Positions 19,226-27,910 of a DNA stretch of 64,000 nucleotides are shown here, piece by piece. Position 1 is the stretch's first letter; each line of letters opens with the position of its first letter. Source of the stretch: an uncultured Spirochaetota bacterium (GTDB lineage: Bacteria > Spirochaetota > Spirochaetia > SZUA-6 > Fen-1364). Position numbers and translations under genes: made by a program. Below the pieces are notes generated by a model, which was not told the DNA's origin, ran no database searches, and saw nothing but the letters and a program-made list of their open reading frames with translations. The stretch is taken from the NCBI GenBank assembly GCA_963734545.1, contig CAVTHO010000008.1:288001-352000 (forward strand), written 5' to 3'.

Positions 19226-20275
19226 ATGGAGACCCTGGAGTTGCGAAACCTGCCGAAGGTGGAGCTGCACCGGCACCTGGACGGGAGCGTGCGGGCAGGC
19301 ACCATCTGGGAGATCGCGCAGGAGCACGGCCTCGATCCGGGCTTCGCCTCGAAGGAAGAGCTGGAGCGCGGCGCCGTCATCAGCGCGCCCATGCAGGACC
19401 TGGACAGCGTCCTTGCCCGGTTCGCCACCCAGCAGGCCGTGCTGTGCTCCTTCGAGGCCATCAGCCGCGTCACGTTCGAGAACGTGGAGGACGCCTGGCG
19501 GGACGGGGTGACGCTCGTCGAGCTGCGCTTCGCGCCGTCCTACATCGCGCACGGCAAGAGCCTCTCGAACGACGAGATCATCGCCGGGGTGCTGGACGGC
19601 ATGCGCCGCGCAATGGCGGCCTGGCCCGTCGAGGTCGGCCTGATCGGCATCCTCCCCCGTCGTTTTCCGCTGGAGAAGAACAGGCAGGCCACCCGGGACC
19701 TGATCCGCTGGAAGATGAGCGGGGAGCCCGGCGCCGCGCGTATCTGCGGCTTCGACCTCGCGGACGGCGAGGCGGACTGTGACCCCGCGGTATTCGTGCC
19801 GCTGGTGGAGCAGGCGCGCAATGCGGGGATGGGCATCACCATCCACAGCGGCGAGGACACGGATGCGGCCCACGTGGCCCGGACCCTCGCGCTCTTCCAT
19901 CCTTCACGCATCGGTCACGGGATCCGAAGCTGGGGGAATGAAGAGGTCATGCGCCGCCTGATGGACGAGAACGTGCTGCTCGAGGTGAGCCCCACTTCGA
20001 ACTGGATCACCAGCGCCGTGCCGTCCCTGTCCGCTCATCCCCTGCCGGGGCTCTTCCGCGCAGGGGTGCCTGTGTGCATCAACTCGGACGATCCGAATCT
20101 CTTCGGCATCGACCTCGTCCACGAATACGAGCTGTGCGCGCGTGAGTTCCAGTTCGGCGAGCATGAGTTCAGGGTCATGAACCGGGCCGCTGCGCAGCAC
20201 TCGTTTCTGCCGGAGGAGACGAAGAGGCGCGTGGCCGAGACACTGCAGGCGGCTGCGCGGAGGGTGCGGCCGTAA
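19226..20275 (+). CDS. add: Adenosine deaminase
   Basis: ELHRHLDGS, ELRFAP, IHSGE, RIGHG, PTSN, INSDDP. Confidence 0.93.
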   Translation: METLELRNLPKVELHRHLDGSVRAGTIWEIAQEHGLDPGFASKEELERGAVISAPMQDLDSVLARFATQQAVLCSFEAISRVTFENVEDAWRDGVTLVELRFAPSYIAHGKSLSNDEIIAGVLDGMRRAMAAWPVEVGLIGILPRRFPLEKNRQATRDLIRWKMSGEPGAARICGFDLADGEADCDPAVFVPLVEQARNAGMGITIHSGEDTDAAHVARTLALFHPSRIGHGIRSWGNEEVMRRLMDENVLLEVSPTSNWITSAVPSLSAHPLPGLFRAGVPVCINSDDPNLFGIDLVHEYELCAREFQFGEHEFRVMNRAAAQHSFLPEETKRRVAETLQAAARRVRP

Positions 20276-20293
20276 CCCCGCGCGGTACGAGCG

Positions 20294-21139
20294 TCAATCC
20301 TCCCTGGCCAGTCCCTTGCCCCAGATTCTTTCGATCGTGAGCGGTGCGCTGCCCTCGTAGTGATTGTTCACGTTCAGATACACGGTGAGACTCCGGCCCC
20401 GCATGTCCCTGATCATCTCGACGACCTGTGACAGCTCGTCGTCCTTCGGGGCGACGATGCTGTGCCAGCTCTCCCCCGTCGCCTGCTCGATCCCCTCCCT
20501 GTCGGGCCCGTGCAGCCGCACAACAGCGGCACTGCGCAGCAGGTGCCCGCACTTCCGGTATGTCTCCACGATCGGCGGCATGTGGTAGCCCTGCAGGAAA
20601 ACGTGGCTGAGCCCCCTGTCGGAGAGAAACCTGAAGTACCGCTGGTCCAGCCACCGGGGATTGCGCGGCTCGACGGCGCAGGGAATCGAACGAGGTACAG
20701 CGTCGAAAAAGGGTCCGAGCCGGGCCAGGAACTCCGCCTGGGTCGGCATCTTCTGCGTGTTGAGATACTCGAACTGGAGCATGAGCATTCCGATCTTCCC
20801 GCGCAGCGGCTCGAGCAGGCCGAGAACTTCCTCGAACAGCCGCGGAGAGAGGAAGTCCGGGTTCGGACGCGACTGGGTCTCCCCTTTTGTCCTGCGCAGG
20901 TGCGTCAGCGTGAGCATATTGGGGAGCTTGATGGTGAACTGGAAATTGTCAGGAGTCGCGGCGGCGTAAGCAGCAGCGACCTTCGGGTCGGGAAGCGCAT
21001 AGAACCATTGGTCGACCTCCACGGTGGTGTATTTCCGCGCGTACTCGGCCAGGTAGTCGATGCCTGCCGCGCGGGAGTACACCAATCCTTTCCACGACGG
21101 ATACTTCCAGCTGCACGTTCCCACCCTGAGTCCCTGCAT
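20294..21139 (-). CDS. DUF72 family protein
   Basis: VGTCSWKYPSW, TVEVDQWFY, AVEPRN, VRLHG, VNNHYEG. Confidence 0.9.
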   Translation of the reverse strand: MQGLRVGTCSWKYPSWKGLVYSRAAGIDYLAEYARKYTTVEVDQWFYALPDPKVAAAYAAATPDNFQFTIKLPNMLTLTHLRRTKGETQSRPNPDFLSPRLFEEVLGLLEPLRGKIGMLMLQFEYLNTQKMPTQAEFLARLGPFFDAVPRSIPCAVEPRNPRWLDQRYFRFLSDRGLSHVFLQGYHMPPIVETYRKCGHLLRSAAVVRLHGPDREGIEQATGESWHSIVAPKDDELSQVVEMIRDMRGRSLTVYLNVNNHYEGSAPLTIERIWGKGLARED

Positions 21140-21184
21140 GCGGACAGTATAGCAGACCCGCACGCTCGCGGATGCAAACCTGCA

Positions 21185-21234
21185 AATCGCGCAAGCTCGC
21201 GCGCGTGCTCAATCGCGCAAGCTCGCGCGCGTGC
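21185..21234. repeat. Direct repeat, 24 bp x2
   Basis: AATCGCGCAAGCTCGCGCGCGTGC at 21185 and 21211, in a divergent intergenic region. Confidence 0.85.
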
Positions 21235-21281
21235 GGGATACCATGGATTTGACGCGCGATATCAGCTAATATTGCGGTGCC

Positions 21282-24269
21282 GTGAAAAAGAAAAAAGCCG
21301 TTGTCACCACTCTTCGCCAGGCTCTGTCCTACGAACCGGTGGAGCTCGCGTTTGGAACCAGCGGATTGCGCGGGCGGGTGAGTGACATCACCAGCCTGGA
21401 GGCGTACGTGAACACCAGGGGGTTTCTCACGCGGCTTCTCGAGACGGGTGATATCGCCCGGGGGAACACGGTGTTCGTTTCCGGTGATCTGCGGCCGAGC
21501 ACCGACACGCTCGTGGCGGAAGAGGGCTCGCGCGGAGAAATTCTCCAGGCCGTGTGCCGGGCCATCGCGGATTCGGATCTCGCGGCAGGCTACGTGGGCA
21601 GGGTCCCCACGCCCGCTCTCGTGCTCCACGCCATGAAACGCGGGGCCGCGTGCGTCATGGTGACCGGAAGCCACATCCCCTTCGACAGGAACGGCATCAA
21701 GCTCAACAAGCCCTCGGGGGAGCTGCGGAAGCATGACGAAGCCCCGATCCTCGCCGCGGTGAAGAAGGTACGCGACGAAGAATACGCCCGCCCGCTGGAC
21801 GAGAGCCTCTTCGATGAGCAGGGCATGCTGCGCGAGCAGGGCGCGCTTCCGGAACAAGCCACCGGGGCCGCGGAAGAGTACGCGCAGCGCTACACCGCAG
21901 CCTTCCCGCGGGGCGTCCTGGCGGGCAGGAAAATCCTCGTGTGGCAGCACTCCGCGGTGGGCCGGGACCTCGTGGTGAAGATACTGGCAGACCTTGGCGC
22001 CGAGCCGGTTCCCGCCGGGAGGAGCGACTCGTTCATGGCCGTGGACACCGAGGCGGTGAACGACCAGATGGTGCAGGACATCCAGGCGCTCGTGGATGCG
22101 CACGGGAGTGCCTCGATCGCCGCGGTCGTATCGACCGACGGTGACAGTGACCGGCCGCTCGTCCTGTCGGTGGACAACGGCAGGGTGCGCTTCTTTCCCG
22201 GCGACCTGCTCGGCCTGGTTGCCGCGGACTACCTGGGCGCCGGTCATATCGCGGTCCCCGTCAGCGTGAGCGATGCGATCGATCTGCACCTCGGGCCCCG
22301 GCATGTGGTCACGGTCCGGACAAAGATCGGCTCACCCCATGTCATCGCTGCCATGAAGGAAGTCGGCTGGGAGGGAAACGGCGGATTTCTCACGGCGGCC
22401 CCCGTGCGCATTCCGGAAGGCGGCGTGCTGGAGCCGCTTCCCACACGCGACGCGATGCTTCCCATTCTCGCGGCCCTGTACGCCTCCCTCGGCCGCGGAA
22501 AAAGCCTGGGTGCGCTCCTCGATTCTCTTCCCAGGCGGTTCGGAAAGACCGCGCTCGTGCGCGACTTTCCCATGGACGCGGGAAAGGAGATCGTGACGTG
22601 GCTTTCTCCCACCGATCCCTCTGTCCTCGAAGCGCGCTTTGCCTCCGCGGGAATCAGCGTGAAGACGCAGGAGGGCGAGGAGCGCGGGCTCGCAGCGGGA
22701 GATCCGCTGGCGGAAGAGCTCGCCGGAATACGCAGCCGGCTGCAGAGGTACTTTTCCCCGGACGGATTTGGCGAAGTGACCTGGATCAACTGGCGTGACG
22801 GCGTGCGCGTCGGGTTCGACAACGACGAGGTGGCGCATGTGCGGCCGTCGGGCAACGCGCCTGAAATGCGCTTCTACGCCATCGCGGACACCGAGGAACG
22901 GGCGAGCTCCATTTCGACGGGTGCCGTTGGTGAGGACGGGCTCCTGCATCGCATGAGGCAGGACTCCAGCGAGCGCAGCGCCATTGCCGGCATCCGTGTG
23001 TCCCCCCGGGCGCTCACCCTCCGCCCTGCCGTCCAGCATTACGAGTGGGGAGGGTACGAGTTCATTCCCGGCCTGCTGGGCGTGCAGAACACGGAGCGCC
23101 GTCCGTTCGCAGAGCTGTGGATGGGGACCCATCCGCGCGGGCCCGCGCGGGCGGAGATCGACGGAACCCTCCTCTCGCTGGACAGGCTGATTGCCGCCGA
23201 GCCATGGCAGATCCTCGGCACCGATGTCGCGCTTCGTTTTGCGGGCCGGCTGCCCTACCTTTTCAAGGTGCTCGACGTGCGGATCATGGCGTCTCTCCAG
23301 GCGCATCCGTCCAAGGGCCAGGCGGCAGAGGGCTTTGCGCGGGAGAACGCGGCCGGCATACCCCTGGACTCCCCCGAGCGAAACTACAGGGATGAAAACC
23401 ACAAGCCCGAGGTGCACGTGGTCCTCACGGATTTCTGGATGCTGCACGGATTCCGGCCCCTGGAGGAGATCTCCGAGGCGCTCACCGCGGAACCCGAGCT
23501 CAGCGGCATCATGCCGAGCTTCGACGAAAAGCTGAGCGCATCCCACGGGGACCCGGCAGGCAGATCGGCGCTCCTGCGCGAGCTCTACGCGCGGGTGATG
23601 ACAATGGCGCAGGCAGAGGTGGATGCGATCCTGACACCGCTCATTGCCCGGCTGGAGGCGGCGGAGAACCAGGGGGCACTGCGCAGGAACAGCCACGGGT
23701 TCTGGGCCCTGCGGGCCGCGCGGACATTTCCGCTGCCCGGAGGCCACGGTGACCGGGGGATCATTTCCATGTACCTGCTCAATCTGCTGGAGCTGAAGCC
23801 GGGGCAGGGCAGCTACCAGCCCGCCGGCACGCTCCACGCCTACCTGGAAGGCGCGGACGTGGAGCTCATGGCCAGCTCCGACAATGTGCTTCGGGGCGGT
23901 CTGACCCCCAAGTACGTGGACGTTCCCGAGCTCCTGGCCACTCTCTCGTTCACTGACGGCCGCCCGCCGATCCTCGAGGGACGCGCCGCATCCGAGACGG
24001 GACGCGAATACGAAACCCCGGCAGAGGAGTTTGCGCTGGAGAGGATCGAGATCTCCCCGGGCACGCCCTATTCGGGCGGAAGGGACCACAGCGCGGATTG
24101 TCTCATCGTGATCGAAGGCGCGGCGGCGGTGATCGCGGGCGGGCGCACGGTCATGCTCCCCCGCGGCGGGGCGGCAATGGTGCCAGCCGCTCTTCCCTAC
24201 TCGATCGCGGCCCGGTCCCCGCGCGCGGTCCTCTTCAAGGCGGGTGTGCCACTCCGCGAGGGTGCGTAA
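21282..24269 (+). CDS. Phosphomannomutase fused to class I mannose-6-phosphate isomerase
   Basis: N-half: FGTSGLRG, TGSHIP, STDGDSDRP, VRPSGNAPE. C-half: QHYEWG, AELWMGTHP, LFKVL, SLQAHP, NYRDENHKPE, HAYLEG, SDNVLRGGLT. Confidence 0.92.
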   Translation: MKKKKAVVTTLRQALSYEPVELAFGTSGLRGRVSDITSLEAYVNTRGFLTRLLETGDIARGNTVFVSGDLRPSTDTLVAEEGSRGEILQAVCRAIADSDLAAGYVGRVPTPALVLHAMKRGAACVMVTGSHIPFDRNGIKLNKPSGELRKHDEAPILAAVKKVRDEEYARPLDESLFDEQGMLREQGALPEQATGAAEEYAQRYTAAFPRGVLAGRKILVWQHSAVGRDLVVKILADLGAEPVPAGRSDSFMAVDTEAVNDQMVQDIQALVDAHGSASIAAVVSTDGDSDRPLVLSVDNGRVRFFPGDLLGLVAADYLGAGHIAVPVSVSDAIDLHLGPRHVVTVRTKIGSPHVIAAMKEVGWEGNGGFLTAAPVRIPEGGVLEPLPTRDAMLPILAALYASLGRGKSLGALLDSLPRRFGKTALVRDFPMDAGKEIVTWLSPTDPSVLEARFASAGISVKTQEGEERGLAAGDPLAEELAGIRSRLQRYFSPDGFGEVTWINWRDGVRVGFDNDEVAHVRPSGNAPEMRFYAIADTEERASSISTGAVGEDGLLHRMRQDSSERSAIAGIRVSPRALTLRPAVQHYEWGGYEFIPGLLGVQNTERRPFAELWMGTHPRGPARAEIDGTLLSLDRLIAAEPWQILGTDVALRFAGRLPYLFKVLDVRIMASLQAHPSKGQAAEGFARENAAGIPLDSPERNYRDENHKPEVHVVLTDFWMLHGFRPLEEISEALTAEPELSGIMPSFDEKLSASHGDPAGRSALLRELYARVMTMAQAEVDAILTPLIARLEAAENQGALRRNSHGFWALRAARTFPLPGGHGDRGIISMYLLNLLELKPGQGSYQPAGTLHAYLEGADVELMASSDNVLRGGLTPKYVDVPELLATLSFTDGRPPILEGRAASETGREYETPAEEFALERIEISPGTPYSGGRDHSADCLIVIEGAAAVIAGGRTVMLPRGGAAMVPAALPYSIAARSPRAVLFKAGVPLREGA

Positions 24270-24290
24270 GGGCCACGAGCGGCGGAAGCC

Positions 24291-25385
24291 TCAGACGTAG
24301 TCCGGGCCGAATCGCTCCGCGGCAAGCGCGTGCAGCCTTTTCAGGTCTTCCGCCCTGTCCTTCCTGCAGACGAGCGTCGCCGTGGGGGTGTGCACGATCA
24401 CGAGGTCCTCACAGCCAAGGGCGGCAATGAGGTGGGCAGGATCGCTCGAGGAGACGAGCGTCCCCGTGGTGTCCAGGAGCAGTGATCTCTCGGCGCCCAG
24501 CGCATTGCCGCTCTCGTCCCTGGGGCACGTCTCCGCGAACGCGGGCCATGAGCCGATATCCATCCATGAAACAGCCATGGGAACGGCTGCCACCTTGAGG
24601 AGGGGGTCGCGGGATGCCTTCTCCATGACGGCAAAATCAACGCTGCTCTTCTTCAACGTCGGGTAGACGGCCGCGATAGTCGACGCGAATCGCGCCGAGC
24701 CCCACGCATCCGCGATGCGGGAAACGCTCTCGAATACGGCAGGCTCGTATCTTCTGACGCACTCCAGAAACACGCGGGCCTTCCAGACGAACATGCCGCT
24801 GTTCCAGAGGTAGTGATCCGGACCCTCGGCCACCCAGCGTTCCGCGGTGGCCCTGTCCGGCTTTTCCCGGAACTCGACCACGATGCGGGACTCCCCGAGG
24901 AAGACCGGGCCCATGTGCAGGTACCCGTAGCCGGTTGCGGCGGAAGAAGGCGTGATGCCGAATGTGACAAGAACCTGTCCTCCCTGCTCGGCGATATCGT
25001 ATCCGCGCGCCACTATCCGGCGGAACACTTCGTCAGGCTCGATGAGGTGATCAGCAGTGAACACGCCGATCGTCGCGTCCGGGTCGCGCCTGGCGATCAC
25101 GGCCGCCGCATACGCAAGGGCGGCGAGAGTGTCCCGTCCCGCGGGCTCGCCCAGGAATTCCTCCTGCCCGAGTCCGGGCAGCTCTTCGAGAATGGCCCGG
25201 CGATGCGATTCTCCCGCGCACACGAGGCACCTGCCGTCTTCTACAAGGCCTTGCAGCCGGTTGTGGGCGAGGGTGAGGAGGCTTTTGCCCCGAATGAAAG
25301 GAACGAGCTGTTTGGGCATGGCCGTCCGGCTCATGGGCCACAGCCTGGTGCCGGAACCGCCGGCGAGGATCAACGCGAACCTCAT
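24291..25385 (-). CDS. manC: Mannose-1-phosphate guanylyltransferase (monofunctional)
   Basis: ILAGGSGTRLWPMSR, PKQ, EPAGRDT, ADHLI, TGYGY, FREKP, WNSGMF, SVDFAVMEK, WMDIGSW. Confidence 0.93.
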   Translation of the reverse strand: MRFALILAGGSGTRLWPMSRTAMPKQLVPFIRGKSLLTLAHNRLQGLVEDGRCLVCAGESHRRAILEELPGLGQEEFLGEPAGRDTLAALAYAAAVIARRDPDATIGVFTADHLIEPDEVFRRIVARGYDIAEQGGQVLVTFGITPSSAATGYGYLHMGPVFLGESRIVVEFREKPDRATAERWVAEGPDHYLWNSGMFVWKARVFLECVRRYEPAVFESVSRIADAWGSARFASTIAAVYPTLKKSSVDFAVMEKASRDPLLKVAAVPMAVSWMDIGSWPAFAETCPRDESGNALGAERSLLLDTTGTLVSSSDPAHLIAALGCEDLVIVHTPTATLVCRKDRAEDLKRLHALAAERFGPDYV

Positions 25386-25469
25386 CCCGGTACGATAGCA
25401 GGCTGGACATCCCATGTACATCACGGGCGCGCCCGTGCGCCGGACACGGCTATCGAGGCCCGGGCATTG

Positions 25470-25513
25470 CTACCTGAATGTAGGAAGAAAAATAAATGGC
25501 TACAGAAATGTAG
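25470..25513. promoter_or_regulatory. Paired palindromes, candidate enhancer for a sigma54 activator
   Basis: CTACCTGAATGTAG (25470) and CTACAGAAATGTAG (25500), 30 bp apart. Confidence 0.55.
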
Positions 25514-25575
25514 TTTCTTATCGGCTACCCGATCATAAAAGCCATCAAAATGCGGGAAAATCGCAGAATCCTGCA

Positions 25576-25591
25576 TGGCACGCCAATTGCA
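25576..25591 (+). promoter_or_regulatory. Sigma54 (-24/-12) promoter
   Basis: TGGCAC-GCCAA-TTGCA matches the consensus, 40 nt upstream of the P-II gene. Confidence 0.85.
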
Positions 25592-25631
25592 TGATCAATC
25601 ACATTGTCCGCAAGGGCAGAGGGAGAAATCT

Positions 25632-26009
25632 ATGACCCGAAAAATCGAGGCGATCCTCAGGGAGGAATCGCTTGATGCGGTGAAAGACGCCCTGCACGAG
25701 ATCGGCATCGTGGGCATGAATGTCTTCGAGATACGCGGTCACGGGCGGCAAGGGGGAATCGAGATGTCCTGGCGGGGCACTTCGTACAGGATGGACCTGA
25801 TTCCCAAGATTCAGCTCAACATCATCCTCAGCGACCACAACGTGGAAAAAGCCATCGAGGCGATTTCCAGGGCCGCGCGGTCCGGCAAGGAAGGTGACGG
25901 CATCATCTTCATCTACCCGGTGGAGGACGTGGTGCGCATCCGCACCGGTGAGCGCGGCCACGACGCCATCATGTATCCCGACGACATCGACACGAGGCAG
26001 CCGAAATAG
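25632..26009 (+). CDS. glnB: P-II family nitrogen regulator (GlnB/GlnK)
   Basis: KIEAILR, GHGRQGG, RGTSY (Tyr51 equivalent), GDGIIF, VRIRTGERG. Confidence 0.92.
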   Translation: MTRKIEAILREESLDAVKDALHEIGIVGMNVFEIRGHGRQGGIEMSWRGTSYRMDLIPKIQLNIILSDHNVEKAIEAISRAARSGKEGDGIIFIYPVEDVVRIRTGERGHDAIMYPDDIDTRQPK

Positions 26010-26015
26010 CGGGCC

Positions 26016-27452
26016 TCAGGAGCCGGGGGCACGCGCGCGGGCGGCCGCAAGCTCGAGGGCCCGCCCCGTCATGCGGCGCACGTCCTGCAGGGAGGTGTCG
26101 GGATTCATGAACGCGGCGCGCAGGTAGCGTCTGCCGTCCAGCTCGGCGGTGGAAAGATAGAAGCTGCCTTCGGCGATGAGCGCGTCCCGCACGGCAATCT
26201 GCAGCGCGTCGTCCCCGCGGATGCGGAAGCAGAGGATATTCGCCTCCGGCGGCACGGGACATTCGAGCTCGGGAAGGGAGACGAGGTACGCATGCGCCTC
26301 CTGCGCAAGCGCGAACTGCCTTTCGACGTACCGGGCAAGTCCCTGCTCGCCCAGGGATGCGAGCACGGCAAAGAAACGCAGGCCGAGAGCGGCCTTGGTG
26401 CATTCCACCGTGCGGTGAATGAAATCCACCCCCGGCTGCTCCTTGTCATGAAACAGATAGCTCGCCTCCTGCTGGAACGCCCCATCGAGCATTCGCGCGT
26501 CGCGGACAAGGACCGCCGCGCAGAGCGTCGGCGTGCGCATGAGCTTGTGCGCATCCCATACCAGGGAGTCCGCGGCCTCCACGCCTCGCAGAAGCCCGCG
26601 ATGCCGTTTGCTCAGGAGCGCGCTCGCACCGTGCGCGCCGTCCACGTGCAGCCAGACGCCGTGCGCGCGGCAGGCCTGCGCGATTTCCGTCAGCGGATCG
26701 TAGAGACCGACCGCGGTGCTGCACGCGTTGGCTACAAGCGCCATCGGCCTCCGTGCGTCCGCTTCCACGCGGGCAAACGCGGCCGGGATCCGGTCCGGGA
26801 CCACCCTGCCATGGGCGTCCACCTCCAGGGAATACAGAGCGTCCCTGCCGATACCAAGCAGCCCCGCAGCCCGGGCGATCGAGTAGTGGGACTCTGCCGG
26901 TGCCAGCACGGCGAGGTCCCCCGGCGACCCCTTCTCCCATGAATCGGGTGCCAGGTGTGTCCGCGCGGCAAGCAGTGCCGTGAGATTTGCCAGGGACCCA
27001 CCATGGGTCAGAACTCCCCCCGCGTGGGCTCCCGTGCCGCTGCTTTCCCGCGGATAGGGGGCGGGGATCCAGCCCACTTTCTCGATCATCCAGTTCAGCA
27101 CAAAGAACTCGATCGCCGCGGCCGCCGGTCCCATCTCGTAGATGGCCATGGCATTGTTGGTGAACCCGTCCACCAGGGCAGCGAGGGCGCCCGCATACGC
27201 GGGCACGGCTACCTGGTGCGCCATGTAGGCAGGATGGTGGAGGCGCGTGCTGGATTCGAGATACCGGTCCATGAAGCGTGAGAGTTTCCTCCCTCGCAGA
27301 CCGCCGTGTCTCGTGAAGTCCTTCAGGCCCAGCGCGGCAACGATGTCCTCGATGGGCGCCTGGGAAATCACGCGGCTTCTCCCCTTTACGGAAAGACGGT
27401 GGAACCGGTCCAGCGCCCTGGTCACTATCCGTGCATCGGAGAGGAAGCTCAT
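26016..27452 (-). CDS. Group II PLP-dependent amino-acid decarboxylase
   Basis: YMAHQV, GGSLANL, SHYSI, WLHVDGAHG, DSLVWDAHK. Confidence 0.92.
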   Translation of the reverse strand: MSFLSDARIVTRALDRFHRLSVKGRSRVISQAPIEDIVAALGLKDFTRHGGLRGRKLSRFMDRYLESSTRLHHPAYMAHQVAVPAYAGALAALVDGFTNNAMAIYEMGPAAAAIEFFVLNWMIEKVGWIPAPYPRESSGTGAHAGGVLTHGGSLANLTALLAARTHLAPDSWEKGSPGDLAVLAPAESHYSIARAAGLLGIGRDALYSLEVDAHGRVVPDRIPAAFARVEADARRPMALVANACSTAVGLYDPLTEIAQACRAHGVWLHVDGAHGASALLSKRHRGLLRGVEAADSLVWDAHKLMRTPTLCAAVLVRDARMLDGAFQQEASYLFHDKEQPGVDFIHRTVECTKAALGLRFFAVLASLGEQGLARYVERQFALAQEAHAYLVSLPELECPVPPEANILCFRIRGDDALQIAVRDALIAEGSFYLSTAELDGRRYLRAAFMNPDTSLQDVRRMTGRALELAAARARAPGS

Positions 27453-27583
27453 GCCGTACCTGCTCTCGTCGGCAGCGCGATGCTGACCACGATCACATCG
27501 AGGACCGACATCAGGACGCCCGCCAGGACAATGACGAGGATGACGTACGTGTGAGTGCGGTGAGCGGGGGAAGCCGTGTTCAT
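27449..27583 (-). pseudogene. 44-codon remnant of a DHA2 (EmrB/QacA) MFS transporter, first TM helix only
   Basis: AGGAGG ribosome-binding site. MNTASPAHRTHTYVILVIVLAGVLMSVLDVIVVSIALPTRAGTA* contains the LDxxxVxxALP motif. ATGA overlap with the decarboxylase. Confidence 0.7.
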
Positions 27584-27910
27584 GGGCCTCCTGTATACCA
27601 CCGGAAGACGAGGCAGTCAAACGCAGGATCAGCCGACCGCGCAAGTCGGCGGCCACTTCCGCGATTTTGCGCTTGCGCCGCGCGCCAAAACAGAATATTC
27701 TGCTTTTCGTATAGTCTAGAGATCATGTTGCGCATCGATTCCCGTTGAAAGCCTCGGCACTGACAAATGCGAACTGGCCGAGTTCCAACGGCTGAGCACG
27801 GGCGATGCTCGAGGAGGCCCAGTATGGCGAACTCGTTCCATGACGCCCTGCCCGAAAGCATGACCGGTGACAGCGCTGCCCGGGGAACAATGAGAGGCCG
27901 CGGCTCCGCG

